From Octopus bimaculoides (lineage: Eukaryota): 62,319 nt of DNA. The stretch covers positions 5,171,605 through 5,233,923 of the forward strand of contig NC_068997.1 of assembly GCF_001194135.2 (NCBI RefSeq). Reading direction: 5' to 3'. The notes beneath the pieces were generated by a model, which worked only from the letters and a program-made list of their open reading frames with translations, was not told the DNA's origin and did no database searches. Every line of letters begins with the position of its first letter. The first letter of the stretch is position 1. The translations under genes and the position numbers were made by a program. This document shows, piece after piece, positions 61,360 to 62,319 of the stretch.

Positions 61360-61950
61360 TGTTCTGAGTTCAAATCCTACTGAAACTAACTTTACCTTTC
61401 ATATCTCCACAGTTGATAAAACAAAGTACCAGTCAATGCTGCATATAAATCCCCTTCCCCCAAAACTGCTGGTTTTAAGCCTAAATTAGAAACAATTATT
61501 ATTATTATTATTATTATTATTATTGTTACTAAGGCAATGAGCTGGCAGAATCACTAGCACGCTGGACAAAATGCTTAGCAGCATTTCACCCGTTGCTGTG
61601 TTCTGAGTTCAAACTCTGCCAAGGTTGACTTTGCCTTTCATCCTTTCAGGGTCGATAAATTAAGTACCAGTAAAGTACTGGGGTTGATGTGATTGACTAT
61701 CCCCTTCCCCTCAAATTCCAGGCCTTGTGCCTATAGCAGAAAGGATTATTATCATCATGAAGGTGGTGAGTATCATTAGCAGACTGGGGGAAATGCTTAG
61801 TAACATTTCATGTCTTTAAGTTCTGAGTTCAAATTCTGCACAAGTTAACTTTGCCTTTCATTCTTTTGGTCAATTACACTAAGGTCAGTGTAATTGACCT
61901 ACCTCCTCAACCGAAATTGCAGCCCTTGTGCCAAAATTTGAAAGCATCAT
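61360..61950 (+). mobile_element. Head-to-tail array of about 3 SINE copies
   Basis: Same unit, with (ATT)n linkers. Confidence 0.8.
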
Positions 61951-62013
61951 TGGGGTTAAGCTGCCTATTTTTGACAGCTTGAAAGATTTAGAAATTATTG
62001 AATTATCATAACG

Positions 62014-62319
62014 TCGTCGTCGTCGTTTAACGTCCGCTTTCCATGCTAGCATGGGTTGGACGATTTGACTGAGAACTGGTGAAACCAGATGGCTACACCA
62101 GGCTCCAATCTGATTTGGCAGTGTTTCGACAGCTGGATGCCCTTCCTAACGCCAACCACTCAGAGAGTGTAGTGGGTGCTTTTACGTGTCACCCACACGA
62201 AGGCCAGTCAGGCGGTACTGGCAACGGCCACGCTCATCTCGCTCGAGAAACCTCATGTGTCACCCGCACAAGAGCCAGTCCAGGGGCACTAGCAACGATC
62301 CCGCTCGAAAATCCCACAA
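62014..62319 (-). mobile_element. Young RTE 3' end running off the window edge
   Basis: Near-identical to 7021-7190 and to the reverse complement of 27420-27590. Confidence 0.88.

Noticed and set aside
61274-62319. Next upstream cyclin T exon (HPHTHVVK-type motif)
   Set aside because: Not found; the region is SINE/RTE-derived, so the 5' exons lie outside the window.

Overview
AT-rich, microsatellite- and TE-dense animal genomic DNA, most likely Octopus (inferred from the repeat families and composition), with five N-gaps. Three spliced protein-coding genes can be rebuilt by hand from GT-AG exons, and the six-frame ORF track misses most of these exons. (1) POLR2C/RPB3, a core RNA polymerase II subunit, on the minus strand: first four coding exons, 13358 to 1659, with the 3' part outside the window. 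(2) A complete 7-exon, 352-aa RPRD1A/B (CREPT-like) Pol II CTD-interacting-domain gene on the plus strand, 18253-32553. (3) The last five coding exons of cyclin T, the P-TEFb subunit, on the minus strand, 61271 to 53339. All three adjacent genes therefore act on RNA polymerase II: POLR2C is head-to-head with RPRD1, and RPRD1 is tail-to-tail with cyclin T. This is the main observation. The rest is RTE, BovB-like, Tx1/L1 and R4/Dong-like LINE fragments, a Gypsy pol fragment, mariner/Tigger/hAT DNA elements, several tRNA-type SINE families and microsatellites. Other notable structures are a perfect 143-bp palindrome upstream of POLR2C, a PHD finger inside an RTE ORF2, inverted RTE copies flanking RPRD1 exon 2, and a mariner derivative with ~210-bp TIRs just downstream of the cyclin T stop. 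All coordinates were read by eye. Gene exon boundaries were checked for frame; TE boundaries are approximate. Comparisons with human exon sizes are from memory, not from a search.
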